Shown here: positions 20,004-28,803 of the stretch, piece by piece
How positions within the stretch are numbered: position 1 is the stretch's first letter
How the letters are laid out: each line of letters begins with the position of its first letter
IMG/VR virus record: IMGVR_UViG_3300026078_000018
DNA from: a virus
Reading direction: 5' to 3' (one strand)
Length of the DNA stretch: 64,000 nt
The notes under the pieces: model-generated
What the model was told of the DNA's origin: nothing
The model's database searches: none
What the model saw: only the letters and a program-made list of their open reading frames with translations
Made by a program: the position numbers and the translations under genes

Positions 20004-21332
20004 ATGCCCACACCCTGGAAGCTGCCGCATGCCCACCCCGCCGTCCCCGGCGGAGGCCGCGTGCTCACCCCCGCCGACCGCGAGTTCCACCAGTTCTCGC
20101 ACCCCGGCGTGTGGGGCGCCCTGGCCGACGAGAGCATGCACAACCCGTTCCGCGACTTCGACTTCGAGGACCGCGGCCGGGACAGCGCAGACGACGAAGA
20201 CCGGATCTACCACGGCTGGGACCACGCCGCCGACGCTGACCCCGGGTACGTGAAGGATTTTCACGAACGCTACGCCCACCACGTCGGCAAGGCGCACCCC
20301 GCCATGGCGATCCCGAGCAGCGTGGTCCCCCAGATCATGAAAGAGGGGCGGATCAAGAGCCAGTTCGAGACCGGCGCCTCCGAGGGCGAATATGACCCCG
20401 AAGGCCGCGCCGAGGTCGAACACCACCAGTTCGGCTACCCCGAGGACCACCCCGAGCACGCACGCCCCATCTACGGCTACCTGTCCGGCAACCCGTTCAC
20501 CGACTCCTCCGGCGCCGGATACGGCCACACCACCTTCGTCCTGCACAAGCCCCACGTGTGGCACCGCACCACGTTCTCCGGCGGCGACTCCTGGGGCAGC
20601 ATGGGGCAGATCTCCCCGGCATCGGTGAACGACTACACCGCCGACCCCCACAGCTTCCGCCACGCCGTCCCGGTCAACCACCTCGGCTTCGACAACGAGG
20701 AAGCCCACCGGCTCGCCGGGCACTCCCTGGCCCGCCGCATGGAAGAGCACCCAGCCGCAGCGCGCGCCGACACGTTCTGGCGCAACACCGACCGCGACCG
20801 CGACTACTTCCCCTACCCCGAGGCGCAGTACCACGGCGGCGTCGGCCTGCACGCCGTCCGCTACGCCATCGTCCGCTCTGCCGACACCGGCGGCGACCCC
20901 CACTCCATGTCCTCCAGCTCCCGCGAGGCCACCCGCGCACTCACCGCCGCCGGGATCCCCTGGGTCCACACCGTCGGCTACCGCAAGCCCACCACCCGCG
21001 ACCACGCGTTCATGAACGACGAGAAGCACCGCCCGCTGCCGCCGGAGATGCCCTACTCGATGCACCGCGGCGCCAACCTGCTCACCAATCTCGCCGGGCC
21101 CATCTTTGAGCCCCGCGTGCGCTACCAGAGGCCCGGCGGAGGCGGCTGGCTGCTCACCCACACCGACAAGCACCACGGCCAGACGATGGCGCGCGCCGCC
21201 GACCCCGAGTGGGGGTTCTCCGGCCAGGCGCCGCTGCACTCGTTCCTGGCCCGCGGCTACTGGGAGCACATGCCCGAGCCGCTGGATTCCCGCGACGTGC
21301 TGGCTGTGTGCCGCAGGGGGGCCAGCCGGTGA
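20004..21332 (+). CDS. DUF3626-like (putative ART-fold) protein with a C-terminal ARGYW domain, copy 1
   Basis: KSQFETG.S.G, RPIYGYL, YG...FVL, RTTFSGGDS, Y.EAQYHGGV. Ends ...HSFLARGYWE. Confidence 0.7.
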   Translation: MPTPWKLPHAHPAVPGGGRVLTPADREFHQFSHPGVWGALADESMHNPFRDFDFEDRGRDSADDEDRIYHGWDHAADADPGYVKDFHERYAHHVGKAHPAMAIPSSVVPQIMKEGRIKSQFETGASEGEYDPEGRAEVEHHQFGYPEDHPEHARPIYGYLSGNPFTDSSGAGYGHTTFVLHKPHVWHRTTFSGGDSWGSMGQISPASVNDYTADPHSFRHAVPVNHLGFDNEEAHRLAGHSLARRMEEHPAAARADTFWRNTDRDRDYFPYPEAQYHGGVGLHAVRYAIVRSADTGGDPHSMSSSSREATRALTAAGIPWVHTVGYRKPTTRDHAFMNDEKHRPLPPEMPYSMHRGANLLTNLAGPIFEPRVRYQRPGGGGWLLTHTDKHHGQTMARAADPEWGFSGQAPLHSFLARGYWEHMPEPLDSRDVLAVCRRGASR

Positions 21333-22528
21333 GCCGCTTCGACCCGGGCCCGGCGCCATCCCACGGCGTCCCTGACGTTCCCCACGGCCAGGTCATCACC
21401 CGCGCGCACCCGGCGTGGCACCGGCGCACCGACGACGAAGTGTGGGGCACTCTCGCAGAGACCCGCCACAACCCGTTCCACGACGCACTGAAGCCGCCGG
21501 TCGGTGACTGGGGCGACAGCACCAACGCGTATTTCTGGGACGGTATCCGCGAGCGCCACCCCGAGAAGTACCAGGCCGCCCAGCATGCGCTGCACCGCGC
21601 GGTGTCCGGCATGCACATCGCCGTGGCCGTGCCGTCGCTGGCCCTGCACGACATCGCCGACGAAGGCCGTCTGCGCTCGGCGTTCCATATCGGCGATGAC
21701 GAGCACTGGTCGGACAACCCCGACTACAAGGACATCCGCCGCCGAGGGGAGTTCGCACACTTCCGCTACCCGATGAAAGGCCACCCCGATCACGCACGGC
21801 CCATCTACGGGCACCTCACCTCCGACCCGTTCACCGATGCTTCCACCGAGCCCTACGGCCACCACACCCTGGTGCTGTCCCGCGCCGCCGTGGGCCACCG
21901 CACCACCTTCACCGGTGCCGACTCCCTAGACCAGGAGCACAAAGTCCGCGCCAGCCCGCTCACCGAGCCCGGCCTGCATTCGCTCAACCCGGCCACGCTC
22001 GACCCCCGAAAGCCGGACCTGGGGGTGTACAAGGCCGTCACCGACCGCAGCAAGTACAGCCCCTACATCGAGGCTCAGATCCACGGCGGTGTCGAGATCG
22101 GCCGCGATGTCCATCACGTGATTCTGCGCACTCCCGAGCATGAAAGCGAGCACGGCTGGGCCCACTCGACCGGCGAGCGCCTGGGGGTGCCGTGGATCCA
22201 CACCCGAGGTTTCAGCCGCCCGGACAGGGCCACCGCGTTCAGCGGCGTGCCCGCACACCGCCTCGGCGCGATCCTGGCCGCACATGCTGCCGTCGCCACC
22301 GGCGCGTTCGTCTCGGACTACCGCCCAGAGATCATCTGGCATCAGGGCCACGAGCGGTTCATCGTCGAGCTGGCCGCGCATGGCATGGGCCAGATCGCAG
22401 ACCTGGAGTGGGGTGCGCTGTATCCGCCGATGCCGATCGCCTCGATTCTGGCGCGCGGCTACTGGCAGCGCCTGCCGCATCCTGTCGACGCCGAGGACGT
22501 GCTGGCGAAGGTACGACCCGTCACGTGA
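21329..22528 (+). CDS. DUF3626-like protein with a C-terminal ARGYW domain, copy 2
   Basis: RPIYGHL, YG...LVL, RTTFTGADS, YIEAQIHGGV. Ends ...SILARGYWQ. GTGA overlap with copy 1. Confidence 0.7.
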   Translation: MSRFDPGPAPSHGVPDVPHGQVITRAHPAWHRRTDDEVWGTLAETRHNPFHDALKPPVGDWGDSTNAYFWDGIRERHPEKYQAAQHALHRAVSGMHIAVAVPSLALHDIADEGRLRSAFHIGDDEHWSDNPDYKDIRRRGEFAHFRYPMKGHPDHARPIYGHLTSDPFTDASTEPYGHHTLVLSRAAVGHRTTFTGADSLDQEHKVRASPLTEPGLHSLNPATLDPRKPDLGVYKAVTDRSKYSPYIEAQIHGGVEIGRDVHHVILRTPEHESEHGWAHSTGERLGVPWIHTRGFSRPDRATAFSGVPAHRLGAILAAHAAVATGAFVSDYRPEIIWHQGHERFIVELAAHGMGQIADLEWGALYPPMPIASILARGYWQRLPHPVDAEDVLAKVRPVT

Positions 22529-22567
22529 CGGCCGGTTGTGCCATCAGCGTACGGAATGAGGTGCGCA

Positions 22568-22864
22568 ATGGCTGAGGAGAAGCTGGGTGATGGCGAGGTC
22601 AAGAGGCGTATCGAGGCCATCGAGGCGGCGCTGAGGCAGCGTGTCACCAAGGAAGAGTGGGAGCGGGAGAACGGCCATCTGCGCAAGGAGATCGACGAAG
22701 GCGACGAGGACTGCAAGGAGCGCACCGCCGGGGTGCAGAAGCAGGTAGATGAGCTCAAGACGGAAAAGAAGATCGCTTGGGAGCGGGTGGTGCAGTGGGC
22801 GGCGGTCGGCGTGGCCCTGCTCGGCGCCCTCTACACCGCGTACGCGGCGACTAAAGGGAAGTGA
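22568..22864 (+). CDS. coiled-coil protein with a C-terminal TM helix (holin-like / lysis accessory)
   Basis: Charged coiled coil followed by [13 protein letters not shown]. Confidence 0.5.
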   Translation: MAEEKLGDGEVKRRIEAIEAALRQRVTKEEWERENGHLRKEIDEGDEDCKERTAGVQKQVDELKTEKKIAWERVVQWAAVGVALLGALYTAYAATKGK

Positions 22865-23598
22865 AGGATGAGATGAGTGAGCCCATGTCCGAACCTGACG
22901 GGCGTCTGGGGCGCCTGCGCACTCCGCACGCACGCCGACGGGCGGCTGCTGTGGGGGCGGTGGTGGCCTCGGGGGTGTTCCTGGCATCGATGATCATCAT
23001 CCTCGACCGCTTCGGCAGCGACTCCCACAAGATCGATGCCTTGCAGGCGCAGGCAGCCCAGCAGGCCCAGAACGCCAGCATCCAGGCCAACAACGTCAAC
23101 ATCCTTGCAAGCAAGTATGACGACGAGCGCAAACTGATCCAGCAGCACAACATCGGCCCCGTACCGCCACCGGCCGCCTCCCTCATCGCCGGAGCACCGG
23201 GGGCACCCGGTCCTGCCGGAGCCAACGGTCTGCCCGGCGCGCAAGGTCCTGCAGGACCGGCCGGTGCCCCCGGTGCCACAGGCCCTGCCGGGCCGCCAGG
23301 AGTATCAGGAAGCCCCGGCGCCCCGGGCAGCCCTGGAGGGCCCGGCCAGCCCGGTGCCAGCGGCGTGCCAGGACCGAGCGGGGCATCCGGCGCACCTGGT
23401 TCTCCCGGTGCCCCAGGCAGTCCTGGAGCGCCCGGTGTACCGGGCCCCACAGGCCCGTCTGGTCCATCAGGAGAACCAGGCCCGGCCCCGCCCGGCTGGA
23501 CCTGGACCGAGCGCGGGATCGGGGGCCCGGCCACCCACAGCTGCAACCAGGTCACCGGCCCCACAGCCACCCCGTCGCCGCAGTACTCATGCAACTAA
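22861..23598 (+). CDS. membrane-anchored collagen-like protein
   Basis: N-terminal TM, coiled coil, Gly-X-Y tract, C-terminal Cys pair. Start could be 22873. Confidence 0.7.
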   Translation: MKDEMSEPMSEPDGRLGRLRTPHARRRAAAVGAVVASGVFLASMIIILDRFGSDSHKIDALQAQAAQQAQNASIQANNVNILASKYDDERKLIQQHNIGPVPPPAASLIAGAPGAPGPAGANGLPGAQGPAGPAGAPGATGPAGPPGVSGSPGAPGSPGGPGQPGASGVPGPSGASGAPGSPGAPGSPGAPGVPGPTGPSGPSGEPGPAPPGWTWTERGIGGPATHSCNQVTGPTATPSPQYSCN

Positions 23599-23608
23599 GC
23601 GGATCATC

Positions 23609-23638
23609 ATGACGGGTGATGTAGGGGGCTGCTACGGT
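23609..23638 (+). promoter_or_regulatory. promoter for the mini-arrays
   Basis: ATGACG-N18-TACGGT with a TGn extension. Predicted start near 23645, the first base of repeat 1. Confidence 0.55.
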
Positions 23639-23644
23639 TGAGCC

Positions 23645-23733
23645 GTCGGCCCCGCCTCGGCGGGGATGGCCCGCTGTACTGTCTGGCGGAAAATGGCCCA
23701 GAGCCGTTGGCCCCGCTTTGCGGGGATCGCAGC
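23645..23733 (+). CRISPR. type I-E-like mini-array A (repeat, 32-nt spacer, degenerate repeat)
   Basis: R1 23645-23673 GTCGGCCCCGCCTCGGCGGGGATGGCCCG (29 nt). Spacer 23674-23705 (32 nt). R2 from 23706, GTTGGCCCCGCTTTGCGGGGATCGCAGC. 61-bp period. Confidence 0.8.
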
Positions 23734-23734
23734 A

Positions 23735-23826
23735 CATCTCTCCACACAGGTGGAGGTGGACCCACGCCGGTCTGCGTGAGCGCATCCCTCGCTCGCGATG
23801 CTCTCCACACCCGTGGAGGTGTCCGG
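23735..23826 (+). CRISPR. type I-E-like mini-array B (second repeat family, 34-nt spacer)
   Basis: R3 23735-23763 CATCTCTCCACACAGGTGGAGGTGGACCC. Spacer 23764-23797. R4 23798-23826 ATGCTCTCCACACCCGTGGAGGTGTCCGG. Confidence 0.72.
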
Positions 23827-23827
23827 T

Positions 23828-23846
23828 TCAGGCCTACGGGGCCTGA
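23828..23846 (+). terminator. hairpin closing the mini-array transcript
   Basis: TCAGGCC-TACGG-GGCCTGA. Confidence 0.4.
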
Positions 23847-23969
23847 TAGGCTCACATCCGCCTCGTCCTGTACCTGGGGGTTCAGCGGCGAAGCGGCTCA
23901 TCAGGTTGCACGATGAACACCGCAGGCCCTGGTTAGACCTGCGGTGTTCTGCGTTGATAGGCTGCCGAC

Positions 23970-24100
23970 GCCGTAGTCGTCTAGTGGCCCAGGACGCCGC
24001 GTCGCAGGGGATCGAGGCCCCAGCCGGGGGCGCGCAGCCCGGCGAATCCCAAATGGCCCCCGGCCCGGAAACCCCGGTTCGAATCCGGGCACGGCAAGCA
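23970..24100 (+). ncRNA. tRNA-like RNA (Glu/Gln-type D arm) with a ~65-nt insert replacing the anticodon loop
   Basis: GCCGTAG-TC-GTCTAGTGGCCCAGGAC D arm. CCCGG-TTCGAAT-CCGGG T arm. CACGGC acceptor 3' strand. TAGACC-N18-TAGGCT promoter upstream. Confidence 0.6.
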
Positions 24101-24149
24101 TGTCTCTCCGGGCATATCAGTATGATGCCGGAGCCTGTGACATGTCCGG

Positions 24150-24578
24150 CTATGAGCGGCGGTTGTCCCGGATCTGGTAGACCCGGACCCGGCTAATGCC
24201 GAGTTCAGCGGCGATGACCTGCACCGGCACCTTGGCGTCGAAACAGCCCCGTACCGCATCGGCCTTGTCCTGCCAGGCTTGGTCGGCAACGGCGGCAGCC
24301 TGCACTGCCTCGCGCTCGGCCGTGCGCAGTTGTTCCAGGGCCGCCTTCTGCCTGTTGGCTCCGTGCTGGCGCGGGGCCTGGGTGTTGAGCCGGTCGGCGA
24401 GCATCTGAAACAGCTCCGGCAACGGCTCGCCGTCGGCGTCGACCATGTCGGTACTGACCAGCGCCGCCAGGTCCGAACCCGCCACCGGGGCGAAATCATC
24501 ACCGCGGTCGATACGCGCCCTCCGGCGCGTCCACACCGCCCGCACGTCGTCGGCGGTGACCACCGTCTTCTCGGCCAC
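24150..24578 (-). CDS. protein with a C-terminal HTH
   Basis: VQVIAAELGISRVRVYQI. GGAGG RBS. TTGACA-N16-TAAAGT upstream (24642-24615). Confidence 0.75.
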   Translation of the reverse strand: MAEKTVVTADDVRAVWTRRRARIDRGDDFAPVAGSDLAALVSTDMVDADGEPLPELFQMLADRLNTQAPRQHGANRQKAALEQLRTAEREAVQAAAVADQAWQDKADAVRGCFDAKVPVQVIAAELGISRVRVYQIRDNRRS

Positions 24579-24745
24579 TTCTTCCTCCGCAGGTTATAGG
24601 ATGTGTATAGGGGCACTTTACAAGAGTGTCCATGTCTGTCAAGCCCGGCTATACAAAACCCCATCGGGGTGCTCCTGCGCCGGGCAAGCACGTTCCCTCT
24701 GCATGGGACAATGGAGGCTCTCGCAACGACACCTCGGGGGTCCTG

Positions 24746-25015
24746 ATGACTACAGCCGCACTGGCCGACGCCACCACATTCGACGTACCCCACAACCCCC
24801 GCATCCGCTACCGGCAGGGCGACAGCCGCTTCATCATCGAGCTGATGCGGCAGGCCGAGGACGGACTGCCCATGGGCCAGGTCGCAGACCTCGAATGGGG
24901 CCATCTGTTCGCCCCCATGCCGCTCGGCTCCATCCTGGCCCGCGGCTACTGGCAGGAGATGCCCGAGCCGATCGCCGCCATGGGAGTGCTGGCGGAGGTC
25001 AGGCCGGTCGGGTGA
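24746..25015 (+). CDS. stand-alone ARGYW-domain protein
   Basis: RFIIEL...MGQVADLEWGHLFAPMPLGSILARGYWQ...VLAEVRPV matches the C-termini of both DUF3626-like proteins. Confidence 0.75.
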   Translation: MTTAALADATTFDVPHNPRIRYRQGDSRFIIELMRQAEDGLPMGQVADLEWGHLFAPMPLGSILARGYWQEMPEPIAAMGVLAEVRPVG

Positions 25016-25067
25016 AGCCCCTGAAGGACTCGATAGATTTTCTGTCGAAAGTGAGATCATCACATTC

Positions 25068-25373
25068 ATGATCCTCACTACTCAAAGCGACTTCACTCTT
25101 CAGGACCGCGGCGAAGTGTGCCGCACGAGTGAGCAGGACGGCCCCGCATGTGGTGCACCGGTTACCCGGCACCTGTGCGTTGCCCAGATCCAGGACGACA
25201 TCACCTTGACCGCCGTGGCGTTCTACACCTGCGACCGGGATGCGAGGTGGGGTAGTGGGCTCGTCTTCTCGCACCCGCTGACCGAGCAGTGCGGCGCCCC
25301 CGGCACTCAAGCCTGGTACGAAACCACCACCGGGGACAGCGGCTGCCGCTTCCCGGAAGCCACAGCAGAATGA
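25068..25373 (+). CDS. Cys-rich hypothetical protein
   Basis: ORF track; coupled to the downstream gene. Confidence 0.5.
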   Translation: MILTTQSDFTLQDRGEVCRTSEQDGPACGAPVTRHLCVAQIQDDITLTAVAFYTCDRDARWGSGLVFSHPLTEQCGAPGTQAWYETTTGDSGCRFPEATAE

Positions 25374-25759
25374 GCACCCCCGTCCAAGACCCCGTCGAGG
25401 CTGAGGTACGCCAGGTCGAGACTGCCATGCGGGACCTGGCCAACACCTACTGGAACCGCTGCCTGGCCGCCGACTCCAACGAGGACCGGGCGCGCGCCGA
25501 GGCGGTCGGAGAACTGGCTGACGACCTCCTGTCCGTCACCGGATTCACGAAGTGAGCGAGCGGGCGGCCAGCGTGGCCTCGTGGGTCGAGCGCGTACAGG
25601 CCGTGCTGAAGGCAGCCGAGGCCGACGGCGTGAAATGGGCGTACGAGGCCGACTACTGCACCGCGGATGACTGTGCGGGATGCTGCAGGATCGACCACCC
25701 GCTGGCCGCCAGCCGCGACGACGGCTTCGTGTACGTCCACATCCACTGAGGAGATCAAG

Positions 25760-26062
25760 ATGACCCTCCCTCTCCCCACCGTCGGCCGCACCGTCCACTA
25801 CGTCAGCCACGGCACGCCGCCGCGCGAGGACGGCACACAGGCCTTTCCCTCCGCCTGCCGGGCCGCCATCATCACCGAGGTGGCGACCGACTCAGGCATT
25901 CTCGATGGGCTTGTCGGCCTGTGCGTACTCAACCCCACCGGCTTCTTCTTCCACTCGATCGCCGACGGCGGCTGCACCCACAGCCAGTCTGTCCACGAGG
26001 GTGGTACCTGGCACTGGCCTGAGGGTACTGTGCCCGGCCACGTCGCCCACATGGGGTTGTAG
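25760..26062 (+). CDS. conserved small phage protein (PTVGRTVHY type)
   Basis: PTVGRTVHY...RAAIITEV...GLCVLNPTG...GTWHWP. Confidence 0.7.
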   Translation: MTLPLPTVGRTVHYVSHGTPPREDGTQAFPSACRAAIITEVATDSGILDGLVGLCVLNPTGFFFHSIADGGCTHSQSVHEGGTWHWPEGTVPGHVAHMGL

Positions 26063-26077
26063 TCGGCGCGCTGAGCC

Positions 26078-26262
26078 TCAGCCCACGATCGGCTCACACG
26101 CCACCAGTTCCTGCCCGCGCTCGTACCACCATTCGTTGACGGCGCGCTCAACTGCCTGGCGCAGATCGTCAACGACGGCGTCGTCATCCCCATGTCGTCG
26201 GGCAGATGCTCGATGTCGTGGACGGTCAAGCTGACCACGAAGCTTCGCATGGTCTTGCTCAC
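26078..26262 (-). pseudogene. small ORF split by a 1-nt indel in a G run
   Basis: VSKTMRSF...PDDMG continues in another frame as DDDAVVDDLRQ...PIVG*. Confidence 0.4.
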
Positions 26263-26693
26263 GACAGGCTCCAGTCCGGGTTGTAGTCGGGGTGGGTGGC
26301 ATCGGGCGTGGCCAGATGCCGGACGGTCTCGCACAGCCCGCGCGCTTCGATCTCGCCACAGTGGGTGTCGGCGTGGCAGGTACGGCAGCCGGTCTGCGGG
26401 CCGTCCTTGTGCGGCCGGTCGGCGGCCACTTGGGGGTGCTCGGCCAGGATTGCCCGCTTGGCCGCGATGTCGGCTAAGACAGCGGCAGGGTCATGGAGGG
26501 CGATATGAGCGGCTTGGTGCTCGTTGTGGCCGCCTTCGTCGTAGATGACGAACTTCCCAAAATCGTCAGCTTCGATCTGGCGTTCCTGGTTGGTGACGTG
26601 CCATTGGCCGTTCGTGCCGTTACAGGCCAGCCGTGCGGTCTGCTCACGCTCGGTCCACCGCGCCAGCAGGAACTCGTCGATGTCCATCGTCAC
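26259..26693 (-). CDS. DUF6221-like protein, copy 1
   Basis: DEFLLAR...AAHIALHDPAAVLADIAAKRAIL...HPDYNPDW. Confidence 0.75.
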   Translation of the reverse strand: MTMDIDEFLLARWTEREQTARLACNGTNGQWHVTNQERQIEADDFGKFVIYDEGGHNEHQAAHIALHDPAAVLADIAAKRAILAEHPQVAADRPHKDGPQTGCRTCHADTHCGEIEARGLCETVRHLATPDATHPDYNPDWSLS

Positions 26694-27121
26694 ACTGCCC
26701 AGGCCGGGTTGAAGTCAGGGTGGGCGGCATGGGGCGCGGCGAATCGGCGCCTCACCACGTCGGCCAGCTCTTCCAGCCCCCACTGATTCGGGCTGGTGCT
26801 GAGCCCTTGGCGTTCGGTCTCTTCGATCGACCGCAGCTCGGCCAGGATCGCCCGCTTGGCAACGATGTCGAGCAGGACCGCGGCCGGGTCGTGGAGGGCG
26901 ATGTGGGCGGCCTTCGCATCGCCGTGAACGTAGGCCACACCGTTGTCTTCTTGATCAACGATGAGGGTTGCCGCAGGGACGGCGCCTGGTTCGCTGGGCA
27001 CGAACTTCTCGACGGTCCAATTCCGGGAGTTTGTCGGATTGCGTGGTACCGGGTTGATGGCCTCGTTCGCGATCTGTTCTTTCTCAGCCCACCGCGCTAG
27101 CAGAAACTCGTCGATGTCCAT
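26690..27121 (-). CDS. DUF6221-like protein, copy 2
   Basis: Same motifs; tandem paralog of copy 1. Confidence 0.75.
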   Translation of the reverse strand: MDIDEFLLARWAEKEQIANEAINPVPRNPTNSRNWTVEKFVPSEPGAVPAATLIVDQEDNGVAYVHGDAKAAHIALHDPAAVLLDIVAKRAILAELRSIEETERQGLSTSPNQWGLEELADVVRRRFAAPHAAHPDFNPAWAV

Positions 27122-27214
27122 GGCCTCATTTTGGCGCGGCGCGCGCCGACCGCATTGTGATCTTCACTCTCACGCGGCCCTGGCAGTTGACCATGGCGGG
27201 GCCGCATCGGGACT

Positions 27215-28519
27215 GTGGCGGGCATGACCACTGATCCCATTACCGCGCCGCTGCCGCCCCTGCGCGAGGTCACCCAGTTCATCCTCGCCAACGACCCATC
27301 CGGCCTCCCCGGCGACTGTGTCCGCGCCTCCGTCGCCTCCTTGCTCGACATGGACCCGGCGAAGGTGCCGCACTTCACCTCCCAGGACGACGTACGTGTC
27401 TGGCCGCTTGCTCTGACTGCGTTCGCCGCCGAGCACGGCTGGGACATCCAGCGACGCCTCTTCGATCCAGCTATCGACCGGCTACCGGAGTTCGGCATCG
27501 CCATCGGCTCTACCACGCGTCCGGCCGCCTCCCACGCTGTCGTCATCCGCGGCGGCGAGATGGTGTGGGACCCGCACCCCTCCCGCGACGGGCTGGTGGA
27601 GGTGAAGCAGGTTATCGAGTTCACGCCGCACCCGCGCACAGCGCATAACTCAGACGGTCTGCGTAGGGAACGCGAGGCGGATGAGATCTGCCGGTCGGTG
27701 ACTGTCACCAACATCGACGGTGAGTTGATCACCACCCCGGTGCTCGGCGAAGAGCCGATGTCCGAGGAGGGCCAGCAGGCCTGGGGCGAGGTCGTGCGTG
27801 CCACCCAGCGCCGGTTCCGCGAAGAACAGCGCGCGGCACGTCGGGCCCGGGACGCCGAGGTACGTGCTGTCGACGACACCATCAAGGCGATCACCCAGGT
27901 CTGGTCCGGCCAAGGGGAGCTGCAGCTGCTGATCACGGCGCGCGCCGAGTTGACCCGGCTCTTCGGCGAGCAGATCGCCGCCCTGGACGTGCGAGACCTG
28001 CAGGCCGCGGCTCCCAACCCGGAACGCTACTTCGAGGACGGCACCTGTCGCCTCTGCGGCGTCCAGTTCGGCGAAAACCACATGTTCGAATGCGGGAACG
28101 TCCTTTCCGAACCTCGAACAGATGAGGGCGCGGACACCGAGAAATTGTGCTCGAAGATCGTTCTTCACACCCTGTACGGGCAGCTCCGCTGCGAACTCCC
28201 CGCGGATCACGTGAAGTGGCCGGGAGACCCGAAGCACTTTGTGAGGGTGAGCGGCGGGGACGGCGGAGGCTGGCTCAAATGGGATGATGCCGACGGTGCC
28301 GAGCGCGAGATGCAGGCCGTCAAGCGCACCCCCGACGAGTGGTGCGAGCAGTACGGCGTCATCATCAGCGACCCCGACGGCTGGCGGCACGCCGATGCGC
28401 TGCCATGGGACGAGCCCATCACCCTGGCCGACTTCCACCGGCGCGCCATCAAATCCACCGGCAACATCGTCTCGCCTGGCTGGCGTCAGCTCGAACGCGA
28501 TGCGAAGGAGGCGCGCTGA
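27215..28519 (+). CDS. multi-domain hypothetical protein
   Basis: N-terminal GDCVRA.VASLL...HAVV...VWDPHP (peptidase-C39-like C/H/D pattern). C-terminal I.DPDGW domain. Confidence 0.55.
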   Translation: MAGMTTDPITAPLPPLREVTQFILANDPSGLPGDCVRASVASLLDMDPAKVPHFTSQDDVRVWPLALTAFAAEHGWDIQRRLFDPAIDRLPEFGIAIGSTTRPAASHAVVIRGGEMVWDPHPSRDGLVEVKQVIEFTPHPRTAHNSDGLRREREADEICRSVTVTNIDGELITTPVLGEEPMSEEGQQAWGEVVRATQRRFREEQRAARRARDAEVRAVDDTIKAITQVWSGQGELQLLITARAELTRLFGEQIAALDVRDLQAAAPNPERYFEDGTCRLCGVQFGENHMFECGNVLSEPRTDEGADTEKLCSKIVLHTLYGQLRCELPADHVKWPGDPKHFVRVSGGDGGGWLKWDDADGAEREMQAVKRTPDEWCEQYGVIISDPDGWRHADALPWDEPITLADFHRRAIKSTGNIVSPGWRQLERDAKEAR

Positions 28520-28803
28520 TGCGGCTCGGCACAGTCACCCATATCGCAAGCACTGTCGTGCACGTCGGCACTCTGATGCGGCAGCGTTGCGGCTGGTGCG
28601 GCGCTGTGCTCATCGACGTCGACGTCGCCCGGGTCATGGTGATGACCTCTGAAGGACGCGATCCTGAGCCCTCGATCCCCACCTGGGAAGTCGGCAGCCT
28701 TGTCGCCATCGACGGGGGCGCATCCTGGACTGTCGATCCCCGGGAGGACGGCTTAATCCCCGAGGATGCCTGCGCGCGCCTGGATCCGGAGGTGACGCTG
28801 TGA
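28519..28803 (+). CDS. hypothetical protein
   Basis: RQRCGWCG; TGATG coupling. Confidence 0.6.
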   Translation: MRLGTVTHIASTVVHVGTLMRQRCGWCGAVLIDVDVARVMVMTSEGRDPEPSIPTWEVGSLVAIDGGASWTVDPREDGLIPEDACARLDPEVTL

